Shown: positions 20,601-29,540 of the stretch, one piece after another
Layout: each line of letters opens with the position of its first letter
How positions within the stretch are numbered: position 1 is the first letter of the stretch
Assembly: GCA_965203485.1 (NCBI GenBank)
Contig: OZ241892.1
Span: forward strand, 2,880,001 to 2,944,000
DNA length: 64,000 nt
DNA from: Longimicrobiales bacterium
Lineage (GTDB): Bacteria > Gemmatimonadota > Gemmatimonadetes > Longimicrobiales > Gaopeijiaceae
Direction: 5' to 3'
Translations under genes and position numbers: made by a program
The notes under the pieces: generated by a model
What the model was told of the DNA's origin: nothing
Seen by the model: only the letters and a program-made list of their open reading frames with translations
Databases searched by the model: none

Positions 20601-21096
20601 GCAAGGCGACGGCGAGGCCGCCGAACCCGCGTTGCCCGCCATGTCGGCGAGCGAGCAGGTGGTGGCCGACTATCGCGCGACGGGCCTGTCGCTCAAGCGC
20701 CACCCGGTCGCGTTTCTGCGGAGGCGCCTGGCCCGGCGGGGGGTGCGCCCAGCGTCGGAGCTGGACGGGGCGCCGGGCGGCGCCCGGGTCGCCGTGGCGG
20801 GAATCGTGCTGGTGCGGCAGCGCCCGGGGTCCGGCAAGGTCATGTTCGTCACGCTGGAGGACGAGACCGGGGTCGCCAACTTGGTCGTCCTCCCGGCGGT
20901 GCGAGAGCGTTGGCGGCGCGACTTGCTGGCGGCGCGGCTGATGGTCTGCCGCGGCAAGGTGCAGACCCAGGACGGAGTGGTCCACGTGGTCGCCGAAAAG
21001 ATCGAGGCGCTGAACGAGTGGCTGGCCGAACTGGGAAGTCCGCAACCAGCCGGCGGCGCCGAATCCTTCGTCGCTCGTGGAAGGTTCTTTCATTGA
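17650..21096 (+). CDS. dnaE2: Error-prone DNA polymerase DnaE2 (ImuC)
   Basis: TSNFSFLRGASHPEE PHP domain, QGRGSAANS, PDIDVDFEHERREEV, YGFPESHAASFA, LLNSQPMGFY and OB fold VRQRPG; ATG overlaps imuB stop. Confidence 0.95.
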   Translation: MTRARTGAAPPTLSKAAALLQVTSNFSFLRGASHPEEMVERAAALGYRAMALTDRNTLAGIARAHTAAKRTGLRFIPGARLDLLDGPSLLCLPTDRAAYGRLARLVTTGRRRAPKGECRLRREDLPEAAQGQIFIAVPPQDVPPEVARIDWGAAKQRGQRGQASPGRGRQDPRIGRATKKRGPGQPQEAASRSRPPREATLADHLAWYRDHLDAPLYLGAAHRFRGDDHRRLASLASLSRALGVPLAATGDAEQHDPSRRRLHDVLACVRERCTIDAAGWRLAPNAERHVKPPAEAARLLRDHPQALANAAEIAERCRFSLDELRYEYPSEVVPGGGTPQERLEALTWRGAARRYPEGVPPQVRAVLEHELALIGKLDYAPYFLTVDDIVRTAQSLGILCQGRGSAANSAVCYCLGITSVDPAQTDLLFERFISAERGEAPDIDVDFEHERREEVVQYIYRKYGRDRAGLAATVITYRPRSALRDVGKAMGLSKDVIDRLLSMVSWWSGPAGEEQAREEGFDPADRRLRLALQLARQLCGFPRHLSQHTGGFVISRGPLCEIVPIQNAAMADRTVIEWNKDDLEALGLIKVDVLGLGMLSCIRRAFELIEAHHGVRRTLANVPQEDPAVYEMIQRADTVGVFQIESRAQMAMLPRLKPKTFHDLVIEVAIVRPGPIQGDMVHPYLRRRKGLEPVRYPSEELRGVLEKTLGVPLFQEQAMRISIVAAGFTPAEADELRRAMASFRNHGTLHRFRDKFVRGMTRRGYDPDFAKSCFRQIEGFGDYGFPESHAASFALLAYVSSWIKRHYPEVFACALLNSQPMGFYAPAQIVRDARDHGVQVRPADVNRSDWDSALEKADECAEGPRRTDGASRLAALPREEKPAGRGRFALRLGLRQVRGLRKEDAALLVAARERAPGEEFLSPEDLWRRSGIPRATLVRLANADAMRSMGLDRRQAAWAAKAAAAGGPLPLFRHSSNDARSPGAQGDGEAAEPALPAMSASEQVVADYRATGLSLKRHPVAFLRRRLARRGVRPASELDGAPGGARVAVAGIVLVRQRPGSGKVMFVTLEDETGVANLVVLPAVRERWRRDLLAARLMVCRGKVQTQDGVVHVVAEKIEALNEWLAELGSPQPAGGAESFVARGRFFH

Positions 21097-21198
21097 TGCG
21101 TTGGCACCGCCCTACGGGACGCCGGCTCCGGGACCGCCCGGCGACGCGCGCGCCACGTCCGGCTTTCGCTTCCGCAGTGCAGGGTGATGTGCGGGCGC

Positions 21199-21759
21199 TC
21201 AAGACCGAAGCGAGCAAAGGAACTGCTTCAGCGGACCAAGCGCTGGAGCGTCCAAGTCCCAGTGTTGACTGCTGCAGTAGTCCCGCTCTCCAGGTTGCGT
21301 ATTAACACCTAGTGCACTGCAATAGGCATAGATCCGTGCTTTTTTGTCAGGAATATCGTAGTCAGGATTTTCATTGGAAATGCATTGCCGGTAGGTATCG
21401 AAGCAACGATATATTCGATCGTGAGGACGGACTGCGATCTTCTCCAATAGCGTTTCCAGGCATCCGGGCCCCTGGTCGTCCGGCAAGAAGAAAGACTTGG
21501 TTATGGAAACATTGAGCTTCTTCGTTATGTCTTTCAATTCTTTTTTCCGATTGCCTGGATTCGCATTCGCGTCGACCACTGCGGCAATGTGCTTGCCGGC
21601 ATCAAGACTTTGCCGCAATTTCGGTTCCATTTTGTGCAAGCCGTTTATGCCAGTTCCGATAATTTGGTATTCGATTCCACCAAGTCCCAAATGTCGTGTG
21701 ACGCATTTCAGGAACTGCTGGTCGCTGTTTCCCTCAACGTACACGTCCCATTGCGTCAT
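21199..21759 (-). CDS. DUF3226-like TOPRIM-fold protein
   Basis: YVEGNSD, VVDANA, FLPDDQGPGCLETLL and WDLDAPALGPLKQFL; ATGA overlap with upstream ATPase; visibly lower GC. Confidence 0.7.
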   Translation of the reverse strand: MTQWDVYVEGNSDQQFLKCVTRHLGLGGIEYQIIGTGINGLHKMEPKLRQSLDAGKHIAAVVDANANPGNRKKELKDITKKLNVSITKSFFLPDDQGPGCLETLLEKIAVRPHDRIYRCFDTYRQCISNENPDYDIPDKKARIYAYCSALGVNTQPGERDYCSSQHWDLDAPALGPLKQFLCSLRS

Positions 21760-22871
21760 CTAATCTCAATTCTATGCGATACGGCATGAGCAAGCTGTTC
21801 ATAGTCATACCTGTAGGCACGAACACGACCGTCCTTGTCCCGAGCTAGGGCGTAACATTCGATCTCGGACTGAAAACGCTCCAAATCTGTGCTCAGGGCG
21901 TGTTGGAAGCATTGCATTACCTCGAGACTGTGCGTTGTAAGAAACACTTGAATGCCTTGTTGTTCGCACATCGTCATAATCGCTGTCAGAACCGGTTCAA
22001 TCGCAGAATAATGAAGTCCGTTTCCGATTTCGTCAATCAACAGAATGCGCACATCATCTAGTAAGCACAACGACAGGATCTGCGCAACGCGGAGCAGTCC
22101 GTTTCCGCACATGCTGATCGGGATCATGCTGTCTAGTCCAATGTCCACATATGCAATGTCTCCGCTGACCGCGATGCCAGTCACTTGGGGATTGACGGCC
22201 GCAAGGCGTTCGATCAATTTGTCCTGTTTCTTAGCTACCATTACGTCGGAAATAAATTTGTTGTTGTAATCTATGTTTGGCAACAATATTCGGGCAGGGA
22301 TGGTTTCATCTCTCAATGGGGCACGTCCGGGATCGTCGGCCGCCTTGACCTGGCCGTCAGCCACGAACAGCGTGCCAGTATATTGCCGGACATGATCCTG
22401 AGACCGCCCAGAGACAAGATTCGCGGTGTAACGGAGCGCATATTGGATGTCGGGCTTTGACGAATACGATGCACGTCCGACACGTCCGCCGTCACCGTTG
22501 GCGGTTTTGGACGACGGCTGAACATCCTGATCCATGACAACGCTGGTGGATTCCGCGGAGATCCGTAGGCAACGGCGATCGACAGTCGTGGTGGCGTCGA
22601 ACTCCATTCCAGTGTCAACGTTGAGGTCGTGAAACAGCAACAAGAGATCGCGGAAATCCCGAACCAAGTGCTTCCGGTTGTTCTGGATGGCTACAGGCAA
22701 CGGCAATTCGGCGAAGCCGGTCACCAAAAAAGCGGCCTCGAGGACGGATGTCTTGCCGACGTCGTTCTTGCCGACGATCAAGTTGATCCGGCCCAGCTTC
22801 GGGAACTCGACGTGCTCTAGCCCGCGGAATCCGCGAATCGTCAGCGTGTCGAGTTGCGGAGGGGCGGGCAT
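21756..22871 (-). CDS. ABC/AAA_21-type ATPase (OLD/AbiEii-like)
   Basis: IRGFRG, INLIVGKNDVGKTSVLEA (Walker A), GNG signature, LLIDEIGNGLHY (Walker B/D-loop) and FLTTHS (H-loop). Confidence 0.85.
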   Translation of the reverse strand: MPAPPQLDTLTIRGFRGLEHVEFPKLGRINLIVGKNDVGKTSVLEAAFLVTGFAELPLPVAIQNNRKHLVRDFRDLLLLFHDLNVDTGMEFDATTTVDRRCLRISAESTSVVMDQDVQPSSKTANGDGGRVGRASYSSKPDIQYALRYTANLVSGRSQDHVRQYTGTLFVADGQVKAADDPGRAPLRDETIPARILLPNIDYNNKFISDVMVAKKQDKLIERLAAVNPQVTGIAVSGDIAYVDIGLDSMIPISMCGNGLLRVAQILSLCLLDDVRILLIDEIGNGLHYSAIEPVLTAIMTMCEQQGIQVFLTTHSLEVMQCFQHALSTDLERFQSEIECYALARDKDGRVRAYRYDYEQLAHAVSHRIEIR

Positions 22872-22950
22872 CGGCGGGGGCTCACGGGTCGGGACAGTCG
22901 ATTGCGGCGTCCGGCGAACCTGCGGACTGCCGAACTCAGGGACGGGCAGT

Positions 22951-22979
22951 ATCCTAACGTTCCGAAAGAAGCGCGGCAA
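22951..22979 (-). promoter_or_regulatory. Putative sigma70 promoter for the ATPase/DUF3226 pair
   Basis: Minus strand TTGCCG-N17-TAGGAT. Confidence 0.4.
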
Positions 22980-23069
22980 CTAGCGCTAGTCGTTTCGTCC
23001 GCCCGGCCCGACGACGGCTGCAGGATCCGGATCGTCGCCTCAGTTGCGTGGCGCTGGGAAAGAGCTGTG

Positions 23070-23530
23070 AGGGTCAGTCCGACTCCGGATTGGGTTGGCC
23101 GGGCGTCTGGGGCGCGGGCATGGTCTCGGACGAGCATGTTCCAGAACGGCAAGTCGCGGTCCTGAACGGGAGTGGACTGCGCGAGGATGTCGGCCGGGGC
23201 GGGCGCCTGCGGACTGCACCGCCGCTGGGGGGCAAGTATGGCCAAAGTCGGCGAGCAACGGGCAAAAGCTGTGGACGGTCAATTCATCCGGCGCGCGCTT
23301 CGGCCTTGTCCGCCGCCGGCGGCGACGGGACGGACACGACGGCCACGCCCGTGACGCGCCCCGGGGTCGTGGTCGTCGAAGAGCACCGGCGCAAGCGCCC
23401 GGCCCATGTGCCGCTCGACGCAGCAGGAGAGGATGCACCGGGAAGACATGGGCGCGCGCCCGACCGGCCAAGTGCAGTGGACGGACCGCACCTTTGAGGG
23501 CCACCATCTTGAAGCTGCGAACGCCGTCCG
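23070..23530 (-). mobile_element. Degenerate IS1634-family transposase 3' remnant (frameshifted)
   Basis: Fragments in different minus frames (RSFKMVALKGAVRPLHLAGRARAHVF, VERHMGRALAPVLFDDHD, LTVHSFCPLLADF, ILAQSTPVQ) resemble the IS1634 C-terminal consensus (RPIHH..RVRAHVFLCMLAYYVEWHMR..LAPLLFDD..VHSF.TLLADL..TP.Q); boundaries approximate. Confidence 0.7.
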
Positions 23531-23734
23531 ATCCGGCTCGGGCTCTTGCAGAGGCGACGCTCGGGGAAGACGCAACGCCGGCACGCCCGCGGAGGCGCCA
23601 TGTTATGTTGCGGGCTACGCTCGCCGGCACGCCTCGGCGCCCCGCCCCGTCCCGGATCCCGCCTCTCCAGTTGGCGTCCGGCCCGCCGAAGCGCGCTCCG
23701 GCGCGACCCCCCTGCCCTGCTCCGGCCGTTGTCA

Positions 23735-25492
23735 ATGGCGAACCGCAAGTCTCCCAAGAAGATCTCCGGCGCGAGCCTCAAGAACGCGTTCAGGGAGATC
23801 ATCTGGCCCCGGCGCTGGCTGGTCCTCCTGGGGCTGGGACTCATCCTCGTCAACCGGCTCGCCGGGCTCGTCCTGCCCGCCTCGACCCGCTACTTGATCG
23901 ACGAGGTGCTCGCCAACCAGAACCTGGAGATGCTGTACTGGATCTTGGCGGGGGTAGGGGGCGCGGTGACGCTTCAAGCCGCCACGTCCTATGCGCTCAC
24001 CATGCTGCTGAGCGTCGAGGCCCAGCGGCTGATCGCCAACCTGCGCCTGCAAGTGCAGCAGCACGTGCTGGCCCTGCCGGTGCGGGTCTTCGACAACACG
24101 AAGTCCGGCGAGCTGGTGTCTCGGATCATGAACGACGTCGAAGGCGTGCGCAACTTGGTCGGAACCGGCTTGGTGCAGCTCGTCGGGGGGACGATCACGA
24201 GCGCGGTGGCGCTGACGTTCCTGATTCGAATCAGTCCGCTCATGACCCTGCTGGCCGTGGGTCCGCTGGTCGCGTTCGCCTTCGTCTCGACCCGCGCGTT
24301 CAAGACGCTGCGGCCCGCGTTTCGCAAGCGCGGAGAGATACGCGCCGAGGTCACCGGCCGGCTCACGGAAGCGCTGGGGGGAATCCGCATCATCAAGGGG
24401 TTTCACGCGACCGAGAAGGAAAGCGAACTCTTCCGCGCGGGCGTCATGCGAATCTTCGACAACGTGAGGACGACGCTCACCAAGTCGACGATGGTGACCA
24501 GCCTGGGCGCGTTCTTCATGGGGCTCGCGGGCGTGCTGGTGATGTGGCAGGGGGGCAGCCGCGTGATTTCGGAGGAGCTCACCGTCGGCGCCCTCTTCTC
24601 CTTCACGATCTTCCTGGGCTTTCTCATTTCGCCGGTCGTGGGGATGGCGAACATCGGCACGCAGATGACCGAGGCGTTCGCGGGCTTGGACCGCACGGCG
24701 GAGCTGCTGTCGCGCCCGCGCGAGGAAGACGATCCCCGGCGCACCGTGGAAGCGCCCCCGATCGACGGCCGGATCGTGTTCGAGGACGTTCACTTCCGCT
24801 ACCACGCCGACAAGCCCGTGCTGTGCGGCATCAGCTTCGAGGCGAAGCCGGGCATGGCCGTGGCGCTGGTGGGCAGCTCGGGGTCCGGGAAGTCGACGAT
24901 CGCCGGCGTGGCCGCCTCGTTCCTCGAGCCGGACGAGGGGCGCGTGCTCGTGGACGGCATGGACCTTCGCGACGTCGAGCTGGGGTCCTACCGGCGACAG
25001 CTGGGCCTGGTGCTGCAGGAGGACTTTCTCTTCGACGGCACGATCCGCGAAAACCTGCTCTTCGCGCGGCCGCAGGCCACCGGCGCGCAAGTGCGGGCGG
25101 CGGCGGAGCAAGCGTTCGTCACCGAGTTCAGCGACCACTTCCCGGACCGCATGGACACGGTGATCGGCGAACGCGGCGTCAAGCTGTCCGGCGGCCAGCG
25201 ACAACGCGTGACGATCGCCCGCGCGATCCTAGCCGATCCCCGCATCCTGGTCCTGGACGAGGCCACGTCCAGCCTCGACACCGAGAGCGAAGCCCTCATC
25301 CAGAAGAGCTTGGCGGACCTGCTGCGCGGGCGCACGACGATCGTCATCGCCCATCGCCTCTCGACGATCCGGCGAGCCGACCTCATCCTGGTGATCGAGG
25401 ACGGCCGCATCGCCGAAGAGGGCCGCCACGACGAGCTCGTCGCCCGGCGCGGCCGCTACCACGACCTCTACACGCTGCAGGCGCGGATATGA
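23735..25492 (+). CDS. ABC exporter, fused permease/ATP-binding (MsbA/Sav1866-like)
   Basis: N-terminal TM domain; GSSGSGKST, LSGGQRQR, LVLDEATSSLD and IAHRLSTI. Confidence 0.93.
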   Translation: MANRKSPKKISGASLKNAFREIIWPRRWLVLLGLGLILVNRLAGLVLPASTRYLIDEVLANQNLEMLYWILAGVGGAVTLQAATSYALTMLLSVEAQRLIANLRLQVQQHVLALPVRVFDNTKSGELVSRIMNDVEGVRNLVGTGLVQLVGGTITSAVALTFLIRISPLMTLLAVGPLVAFAFVSTRAFKTLRPAFRKRGEIRAEVTGRLTEALGGIRIIKGFHATEKESELFRAGVMRIFDNVRTTLTKSTMVTSLGAFFMGLAGVLVMWQGGSRVISEELTVGALFSFTIFLGFLISPVVGMANIGTQMTEAFAGLDRTAELLSRPREEDDPRRTVEAPPIDGRIVFEDVHFRYHADKPVLCGISFEAKPGMAVALVGSSGSGKSTIAGVAASFLEPDEGRVLVDGMDLRDVELGSYRRQLGLVLQEDFLFDGTIRENLLFARPQATGAQVRAAAEQAFVTEFSDHFPDRMDTVIGERGVKLSGGQRQRVTIARAILADPRILVLDEATSSLDTESEALIQKSLADLLRGRTTIVIAHRLSTIRRADLILVIEDGRIAEEGRHDELVARRGRYHDLYTLQARI

Positions 25493-25597
25493 GCCCGGCC
25501 GGCAGGCGCGCACGCCGTTCACTCGCAACGAACAGCGCTCCTGGGGCAGACGGCGGGCGTCCGTGCGGAGGCGCGACCGAGGCGTTAGGTTCTCTTC

Positions 25598-26362
25598 ATG
25601 CTGACGAATTCCTACCGCACCCGGGGCGCCAACTTCGCGTTTCTCGTCGGCCCGCCGAAGGAGCTCTCGCGCCGCGACGGCATGAACATCCACGCATCGG
25701 TGTGCGACGCGCTCGGCCAGGACGACCTCTCGTTCAAGTACACGCCCGAAGAGGAGGGCAACAAGGGGTTCGCCATCTGCTTGGGCCGGGAGCACGGCCG
25801 CGAAAAGCTGGTCCTGGAGATCAACGGGCCCGTCGGCGACACGCCGTTGCGGATCTTCTTGGGCGCCGAGTGGCCCCGTTCCGCCCAAGCGGCGTTCGAA
25901 GACTTCGACCTGGTGTCCGAGGCGGTCTTCGGAGTGCTGGGCGAAGGCTGGCAACGCGTGCTGGCGGAGGCGCGCGTGCGGGGACAGGCTCATGCCAAGG
26001 GCGATTCCGCCGTCTCCTTCCTGAGCCGGCATGTTCTGGACCTGCCCGGCGAGGGACTGTCCTTTGCCGCGTTCAAGTACGAGACGGACGCCGCCGAGGC
26101 CGCTCTGGGCGATCCCCTGGCCAACCCGAAGCGGGACGTCTCGGTCGAGGTGCTCCGGGAAGACCCGCGTTGCGTGTACGTGGAAGTGATGTCGCAGTGG
26201 CCCCAGATCGCCACGCCGGCGGGCCAGTCGGTGCAGATCGACCCCGACAAGGTCAGGACGTTCGATTCGCCGCCGAGCGAGTACCTGATAAACACGGTGG
26301 AGTACACGGAATCGGCGGTGTTTCCGCTACTGGGCGGAGACAGGGCGTCGGAGGCGCCGTAG
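25598..26362 (+). CDS. Hypothetical protein
   Basis: 254-aa ORF with native-looking codon usage and globular composition; no motif recognised. Confidence 0.65.
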   Translation: MLTNSYRTRGANFAFLVGPPKELSRRDGMNIHASVCDALGQDDLSFKYTPEEEGNKGFAICLGREHGREKLVLEINGPVGDTPLRIFLGAEWPRSAQAAFEDFDLVSEAVFGVLGEGWQRVLAEARVRGQAHAKGDSAVSFLSRHVLDLPGEGLSFAAFKYETDAAEAALGDPLANPKRDVSVEVLREDPRCVYVEVMSQWPQIATPAGQSVQIDPDKVRTFDSPPSEYLINTVEYTESAVFPLLGGDRASEAP

Positions 26363-26465
26363 GCGGACGCGGCGGGCGATAGTCCCGGACGTGGTGGGCG
26401 TTGCGAGGCGCCATGCCCGACCACTGGGGGGACGATCCTCGACGAGCGCACGTCCATTGGCGGCG

Positions 26466-27782
26466 CTACAGCTCTTCCAGCGTGGCGGCGAGACGGTCGA
26501 TCTCGGCCCGCGTGTTGTAGACGTGGGTCGACACGCGGATGGCGTTGTGCCCGTCGCGCTGGTGCTCGTCGATGTGGATGCGCGCCCGATCCGCCACGAG
26601 CCCGACGGCCTTGACGGCGTCCACGCCGCCCAGTTCGAAGATCGTGGAGCCGGGGCACGAGACGTCCGGACCGTCGCCGCTCAGCAGCGTGCACCGGCCG
26701 ATCCGAGCCAGCCGGGCCTTGAGGTGGTTGGACAGGTGGCGGGTCCGGGCCTCGACGGCTTCCACGGTCACGTCTTCCATGAACTCCAGCGATTCGGCCA
26801 GCGCCGCCTGCAGGGGCAACGCCGACGTGCCCGGCGGGCGGTAGGCGGCTTCGCCCGCGCTCTGCCGCGGCGAAAAAACCGGATCGACGCGCTCGCGGGC
26901 GTCGGCACGCACGTAGAGGACGCCGGTGCCCATCGGCCCCAGGAACCATTTGTGCAAGCTCGCCGAGTAGGTGTCGCATCCCAGGTCGCGGAGATCGACC
27001 GGCAGCATGCCCACGGCCTGGGCGCCGTCCACGTGGCTCACGCAACCCCGCTCCCGGGCCAGCGCGCAGAGCCGCCGCACCGGATAGAGGTGGCCGCCCC
27101 GGGTCACATGGCAGAAGGCGACGACTCGCGTCGCCGGCGTGATGGCGTCCCTCACCAGCTCCACAACTTGGCCGGGGCTCTCGAAAGGGCTGGGAACGGC
27201 GACCGCGCGCAAGCGAATGCCGTCGCGTTCCGCCCGAACCTCCCACGGCCGAAGGCCCGCCGGGTGCTCTTGGCTGGTCGCCAGCACTTCGTCGCCGGGA
27301 CGCAGCCGCGCGCCGAAGGCGGCTAGATGGAGAGCCTCGCTGGCGTTTCTCGTCAGCGAAATCTCGCCCGGATCGGCCCCCAGGAGGACCGCAAGCCCCG
27401 GAACCACCCTGCCGGCGACCGTCTCCGAGAGTTCGGTCTTCGCCCGCAGGGGCTCCCGCGACAGGGCTTCGTACCCGGCCCCGGCGGCATCCGCGACCGA
27501 TCCCGGCGGCATCCCCAGGCTGGCGTTGTTCATGTAGGCGACGCCGGACTCCAGAACGAACTGGGCGCGCACGTCGGCCCATGCCTCGTCGCCGACCTCT
27601 GCGGGCGTTGCGATCCGGACGCCAGCGGCTGGTCGAACGCCGGCCTCGTCCGTCCCTCCGCCCGTTCCCGGCGCACGGCAGGCGGAAAGGGAAGCGCCGG
27701 CCAACCCGGCGGCTCCGCCCGCGAGAAAGCCCCGTCGCGAAACGATTCGAGAAGCCGCGCCCGCGGATTCGTCTCTCTTCAC
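26466..27782 (-). CDS. Tat-exported class V PLP enzyme (isopenicillin N epimerase/cysteine desulfurase-like)
   Basis: SRRGFLAGG twin-arginine signal; YMNNASLG, TRNASEAL, VDGAQAVG, SLHKWFLGP and IRVSTHVYN. Confidence 0.85.
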   Translation of the reverse strand: MKRDESAGAASRIVSRRGFLAGGAAGLAGASLSACRAPGTGGGTDEAGVRPAAGVRIATPAEVGDEAWADVRAQFVLESGVAYMNNASLGMPPGSVADAAGAGYEALSREPLRAKTELSETVAGRVVPGLAVLLGADPGEISLTRNASEALHLAAFGARLRPGDEVLATSQEHPAGLRPWEVRAERDGIRLRAVAVPSPFESPGQVVELVRDAITPATRVVAFCHVTRGGHLYPVRRLCALARERGCVSHVDGAQAVGMLPVDLRDLGCDTYSASLHKWFLGPMGTGVLYVRADARERVDPVFSPRQSAGEAAYRPPGTSALPLQAALAESLEFMEDVTVEAVEARTRHLSNHLKARLARIGRCTLLSGDGPDVSCPGSTIFELGGVDAVKAVGLVADRARIHIDEHQRDGHNAIRVSTHVYNTRAEIDRLAATLEEL

Positions 27783-28462
27783 CGGTCGTCCTTTCGGTTC
27801 CTGTCGGCGCCCGCCCGCCGGGTCAGCCGGGCCGACTGCTCTTCTCGCCAGGCCCGGATGCGGGCGTGGTCGCCGTCGCGCAGGACCTCGGGCACGGACA
27901 TGCCGCGGTATTCCGCGGGCCGGGTGTACGACGGGGCCGAGACGACGCCCGGCTCGTAGAAGGAGTCGGACGATGCCGATTCGTGGTCTCCGAGCGCGCC
28001 CGGGAGCAACCGCACGACCGCGTCGGTCATCGCGAGCGCCGCCACCTCGCCGCCGGACAGCACGTACGGCCCCAAGGAGAGCTCTTCCGTGGCCAAATGG
28101 TCCGCCACGCGCTGGTCCACGTCCTTGTAGTGCCCGCAGAGGAAGGTGATCTCGCGGCTCAAGGAAAGGCGCACCGCTTCCGCGTGGCCGAAAGGCCGGC
28201 CGCGCGCCGACAGCAAGACGACCGGGCCGGCCGTGTCCAAGCGGTCCACGGCGCGAAAGAACGGTTCCGGCTTCATGACCATGCCGGCGCCGCCGCCGTA
28301 GGGCTCGTCGTCTACGGTGCGGTGGCGGTCCCTGGCGTAGTCGCGCAGGTCCACGATTCGGTAGGCGGCCAATCCCGCGGCCGATGCCCGTCCAGGAATG
28401 CTGGTGCGAAGCGGCTCGCGGAAGAAACCGGGGAAGATCGTCAGGATGTTGATGCGAATCAC
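27779..28462 (-). CDS. trmD: tRNA (guanine-N1)-methyltransferase
   Basis: INILTIFP, VDDEPYGGGAGMVMKPEP, LCGHYKDVDQR, SLGPYVLSGGE and YTRP; GTG start overlaps rimM stop. Confidence 0.96.
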   Translation of the reverse strand: MIRINILTIFPGFFREPLRTSIPGRASAAGLAAYRIVDLRDYARDRHRTVDDEPYGGGAGMVMKPEPFFRAVDRLDTAGPVVLLSARGRPFGHAEAVRLSLSREITFLCGHYKDVDQRVADHLATEELSLGPYVLSGGEVAALAMTDAVVRLLPGALGDHESASSDSFYEPGVVSAPSYTRPAEYRGMSVPEVLRDGDHARIRAWREEQSARLTRRAGADRNRKDDR

Positions 28463-28998
28463 GGCAGCAGTCCCTTCGGCGGGTCCACGATCACCCGCCG
28501 CCGCTCCCGGTCGAACCCGACGACGAACTGCGGAACGAGCGGTAGAATCACTTCGCCGCCGGGTCCCGCCACCTCGATCAAGTCGGCCGTGCTCAGCGAA
28601 TAGACTTCCTTGACGGTTCCGACGGCGGCCCCGGCAGAGGTCGCGACTTCGGCGCCCAGGAGTTCGTGGTAGAAGACTTCGCCTTCGCCCAACGGGTCGA
28701 TTGTCTCGAAGGGCCTCAGCAGGTAGCGGCCGCGCAGGGCCTCCGCGTCGGCCCGGCTTTCGCATCCCTTGAACCTTGCAAGGAAGCCCCTTCTATAGGG
28801 ACGGACCGATTCGATGGCGAGGGGGAGAAGCGACGGGCAAGGCTGCAACGCGTCGTCGTCGCCGGCATGGTGGACGACGCCCGGCGCGAAGTGGGTTTCG
28901 GGGTAGTCGGTCAGCGGCCAAACAAAGAGTTCGCCCTTGGTGCCGTGGACTTTGTTGATGTGCCCGACGACGAGAAAGGACGGGCGGTCCTCGGTCAC
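28459..28998 (-). CDS. rimM: 16S rRNA processing protein RimM
   Basis: [21 protein letters not shown] and ILPLVPQFV; lies between rpsP and trmD. Confidence 0.93.
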   Translation of the reverse strand: MTEDRPSFLVVGHINKVHGTKGELFVWPLTDYPETHFAPGVVHHAGDDDALQPCPSLLPLAIESVRPYRRGFLARFKGCESRADAEALRGRYLLRPFETIDPLGEGEVFYHELLGAEVATSAGAAVGTVKEVYSLSTADLIEVAGPGGEVILPLVPQFVVGFDRERRRVIVDPPKGLLP

Positions 28999-29519
28999 GC
29001 GCTGGACGCGGCCTCCGGAGACGTCTCGGCGGGGGACCCGTGGGCGGCGGATTCGCCGGCAGGCGAGGCATCGGGGGCGGACATGCCGGTTGGCGTCCCT
29101 TCGGCAACGGTCGCCGCGGCGGGCCCTTCGCTCTCGGCCTCTTCGGGCTGGGCCGAGTCCTTGCCGTCCGCATGGGTTCCGGCGGCGGACGCTTCCTCAG
29201 CGGCGCGCCCTCCGTCCGCGTCCATGCTCCGGCCTCCGGCGTCCGGCGCGTCGCCGGCGCCTGCAGGGTCGGCGGACCGGGCCGAGCGGGCCTGCGAGAC
29301 CAAGCTCTTCACCGTGGCGGACGGGATGGCGCCCTCGCCGATCCAGTAGTCCACGCGTTCTACGTCGACCCTGAAGCCGTCCGGGTGCTTGAGCGGGTTG
29401 TAGTATCCGATGTTCTCGACGAAGCGGCCGTCTCTCGGAGCACGGCTGTCGGCGACGACGATGCGGTAGTGGGGCTGCTTCTTCTTCCCCATGCGGCGGA
29501 GGCGAATTCTTACGGACAT
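28995..29519 (-). CDS. rpsP: 30S ribosomal protein S16 with long acidic/Ala-rich C-terminal extension
   Basis: [42 protein letters not shown]. Confidence 0.96.
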   Translation of the reverse strand: MSVRIRLRRMGKKKQPHYRIVVADSRAPRDGRFVENIGYYNPLKHPDGFRVDVERVDYWIGEGAIPSATVKSLVSQARSARSADPAGAGDAPDAGGRSMDADGGRAAEEASAAGTHADGKDSAQPEEAESEGPAAATVAEGTPTGMSAPDASPAGESAAHGSPAETSPEAASSA

Positions 29520-29540
29520 GGTTCTCTTGGGTTCGGGAAT

